This document shows, in pieces, positions 63,067 to 64,000 of a stretch of DNA of 64,000 nucleotides. The stretch comes from a virus. The notes under the pieces were generated by a model. The model did no database searches, was not told where the DNA came from, and saw only the letters and a program-made list of their open reading frames with translations. The stretch covers positions 32,001 through 96,000 of IMG/VR virus record IMGVR_UViG_3300047462_000154. The stretch is one strand, 5' to 3'. Each line of letters starts with the position of its first letter. The first letter of the stretch is position 1. The position numbers were made by a program, and so were the translations under genes.

Positions 63067-64000
63067 TATTTTGATTCCAAAATATCAATTTTATCTGATA
63101 ATTCTTTTACCGCTTCAATTAAAAATGCAATTATATTATTATACCCAACTGTTAAATATCCACTATTTTCGCCCACAATTTCAGGCAAAACTTTTTGAAT
63201 TTCTTGTGCTATAACACCATATCTTTGGTTGCCATCTTTTTTATATTTTACACCGCGTAATTGTTTAATAATATCTAATCCTTTTGATGTTTCTATATCA
63301 GTTTTTAATCTTTCATCAGAAAAAGCAACAACACTACCATTCATAATCAAATCAGAATTTGAATCAATATTACCAACAATAGTTGTTCCAGAAACAAAAT
63401 TAATTCCTTGGGCACTATTAGCTGGTGCTTGTATGCCCCAATTATTAGTTAAATAATACGATGGAGAATATGCTGGTAAATTAAATGTCGCACGTGTATT
63501 AGAACAATCAAACACATTAATAATTCCAGTTCCATTGGTATTAGGAACAAATATTGCTAAATTACCGGCAATATTTCCTGAATATATTCCAGAATTTAAA
63601 TTACTACCATTAACACCAACAGCAAAACCAGTTGGAGAATATACATATCCAGTATTATCAAAATTATAATTAAAACTTCCTACTTCAATATCCAAAGTAT
63701 TTGTAGTAGAAGTCAAAGACATTGGAATTGTATTTTTTACAACAAATGATGGTGAAGAAATAGAAGTGAGATTTGATACCGCACCGTTATTCAAATTTAT
63801 AACAAATGGATAACTCATATTAGTTCCATTTGATGCAACAATATTATAATTGGTTCCATCATTTGAATGAATAATTTCCAAATTAGAAATATTGGTGTTA
63901 GTCAAAGCAAATGTTGAATTAACAACCAATGCTCCAGACATTGTACCACCGCTTTCTGGAACATAATTACCTTGAGAAAAATTAGCAGTAGAATATACTT
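63066..64000 (-). CDS. Tail fibre with C-terminal peptidase S74 intramolecular chaperone; 5'-partial
   Basis: FSDERLKTDI..GVIAQE..LIEAVKEL. Frame is open to the window edge (YVPESGGTMSG). Confidence 0.85.
   Translation of the reverse strand, partial: VYSTANFSQGNYVPESGGTMSGALVVNSTFALTNTNISNLEIIHSNDGTNYNIVASNGTNMSYPFVINLNNGAVSNLTSISSPSFVVKNTIPMSLTSTTNTLDIEVGSFNYNFDNTGYVYSPTGFAVGVNGSNLNSGIYSGNIAGNLAIFVPNTNGTGIINVFDCSNTRATFNLPAYSPSYYLTNNWGIQAPANSAQGINFVSGTTIVGNIDSNSDLIMNGSVVAFSDERLKTDIETSKGLDIIKQLRGVKYKKDGNQRYGVIAQEIQKVLPEIVGENSGYLTVGYNNIIAFLIEAVKELSDKIDILESK

Noticed and set aside
1-64000. Alternative genetic code (stop-codon reassignment)
   Set aside because: Conserved genes are full length in code 11, and TAA, TGA and TAG all occur as genuine ends.

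Overview
AT-rich (~27% GC by eye), gene-dense segment of a large lytic tailed-phage genome, probably a jumbo myovirus with T4-like replication genes, in the standard genetic code. Left to right: the C-terminal part of a compact DnaE-like polymerase; primase and helicase; a head-morphogenesis/internal-protein region (7.2-20.3 kb); a PD-(D/E)XK exonuclease; nrdA/nrdB; an N-terminally truncated RtcB; glutaredoxin; an adenine methyltransferase; a large tail-fibre/adhesin island (32.8-46.7 kb +, 48.6-56.5 kb -, 62.4-64 kb -); and accessory enzymes (J-domain, SWIM, M16 peptidase, nucleotidyltransferase, AlkB, deaminase). A T4-like late promoter (T)ATAAATA precedes most virion genes, and some sigma70 promoters appear leaderless. 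Main candidates for new biology: (1) a putative capsid-delivery system in which proteins share an 'M-x-L/I-x-E/D/Q-I/L' leader and carry cargo modules joined by K-x-N/E-E prohead-protease-like sites; cargo includes four ADP-ribosyltransferase-fold domains in late genes (a fifth lies elsewhere), a GNAT and a degenerate zincin; (2) an unannotated, separately expressed 57-aa half-Hint (intein-fold) protein after rtcB; (3) a 148-nt island with a single T, joining a gene remnant to a TnpB zinc-ribbon remnant. All calls come from reading motifs by eye; no database searches were run.
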